Positions 63,095 to 64,000 of a DNA stretch of 64,000 nt are shown piece after piece. A program made the position numbers and the translations under genes. The stretch comes from Trichoplax adhaerens (Eukaryota > Animalia > Placozoa): the NCBI RefSeq assembly GCF_000150275.1, contig NW_002060943.1:1090731-1154730 (forward strand). The letters are read 5' to 3'. Every line of letters begins with the position of its first letter. The stretch's first letter is position 1. Below the pieces are notes generated by a model that searched no databases, was not told the origin of the DNA, and saw nothing but the letters and a program-made list of their open reading frames with translations.

Positions 63095-63405
63095 TTATTA
63101 TAATTATCAAATACTTTATTCAAGTGCTATACTATGTCTACATACTCCGTCCGCCATCTGACTTTTTATCAAACACCAAAAGTATCAAAGCATAACACAG
63201 TACATTTGGGAAATTTTTCATACATTCCGAAATTGCTTTTTTCGCACATTATAATTATCAAATGCTTTATTCAAGTGCTATACTATGTCTATATACTCCG
63301 TCCACCATCTGACTTTTCATCAAACACCAAAAGTATCAAAGCATACTACAGTACATTTGGGAAATTTTTCATACTTTCTGAAATTGCTTATTTCGCACAT
63401 TATAA
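63095..63405. repeat. Tandem duplication, 2 x about 151 bp
   Basis: attataattatcaaat(a/g)ctttattcaagtgctatactatgtcta...ccaaaagtatcaaagcata..cagtacatttgggaaatttttcatac...ttcgcacattataa occurs twice. Confidence 0.92.
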
Positions 63406-64000
63406 CTTTAACATTAGCATTATTTAGTGATAGACATCTTTTGCTATTGCTAATTTTAACGAACAAAAGTTAGGGAGACTTAATTAGCGCTATTCTTTAT
63501 TAGTTAAAACTAACTTAGCGCATCATCCATCATTTAGGACGGCACTCATAAAATCTATCAGATATTTTAGCACGGATGACGCGGTTAGCACAACACATTT
63601 TAGTAGCACAAACTTAGGAAATGCTATAAGACAATCAAAATATGGAATATAGGTGTCAATACTGTACTTCTTATAAAATCGAACTCATTGATAAAAAGCC
63701 TATTGTATTTTGATAGATACTTATAAAGCGTATTGCATAACTACGGTTACCTACTGTTTCTGTTTATGTCTAAGATACTATGTCCAATAATTATAGTGAC
63801 GACTTAATAACTCGCACAGCATGGTGTGCACACTATGCTCACAATTTTCTATCATTGAGCTCAGATTACAATCGTTGAATAGTGACGAGTTGCAATCATG
63901 TATCGTAAATTGTAATTACTTTTAAAATTTTTAAAATAAGTTGTATACCAAGGTGGTCAGTATCCGAGTATCACGGTCAAGCTTTGGCCATGAAGATGTC

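Overview
AT-rich (about one third GC by eye) eukaryotic genomic DNA with compact genes and many short GT-AG introns. This is an animal genome, not a prokaryote. Gene content and structure suggest an early-branching metazoan, most likely a placozoan such as Trichoplax (inference). Eight protein-coding genes can be reconstructed by hand: the 3' part of an FN3-domain single-pass receptor (+); an intronless PGAP4/TMEM246 (-); a roughly 25-exon WD40 protein (+); an RBM7/11-like RRM protein (-); CFAP45 (+); a ZDHHC3/7-like palmitoyltransferase (+); a MASK/ANKHD1-like ankyrin-KH protein with an extra C-terminal SAM domain (+); and an intronless 1370-aa NB-ARC/TPR STAND protein (-). Non-coding DNA carries many local tandem duplications (70-400 bp units), TACTG/GTACA motif clusters near inferred promoters, and RFX X-box motifs. 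The most notable observations are: a 4-copy array of about 375 bp with a long hairpin in each unit; the ANK-KH-SAM architecture; the degenerate-motif STAND receptor with an unrecognised N-terminal domain; an X-box predicting that the WD40 gene is ciliary; and a codon-conserved duplicate C-terminus just past the receptor's stop codon. Exon coordinates were read by eye and may be off by a few bases. No CRISPR array, tRNA or rRNA gene was recognised.
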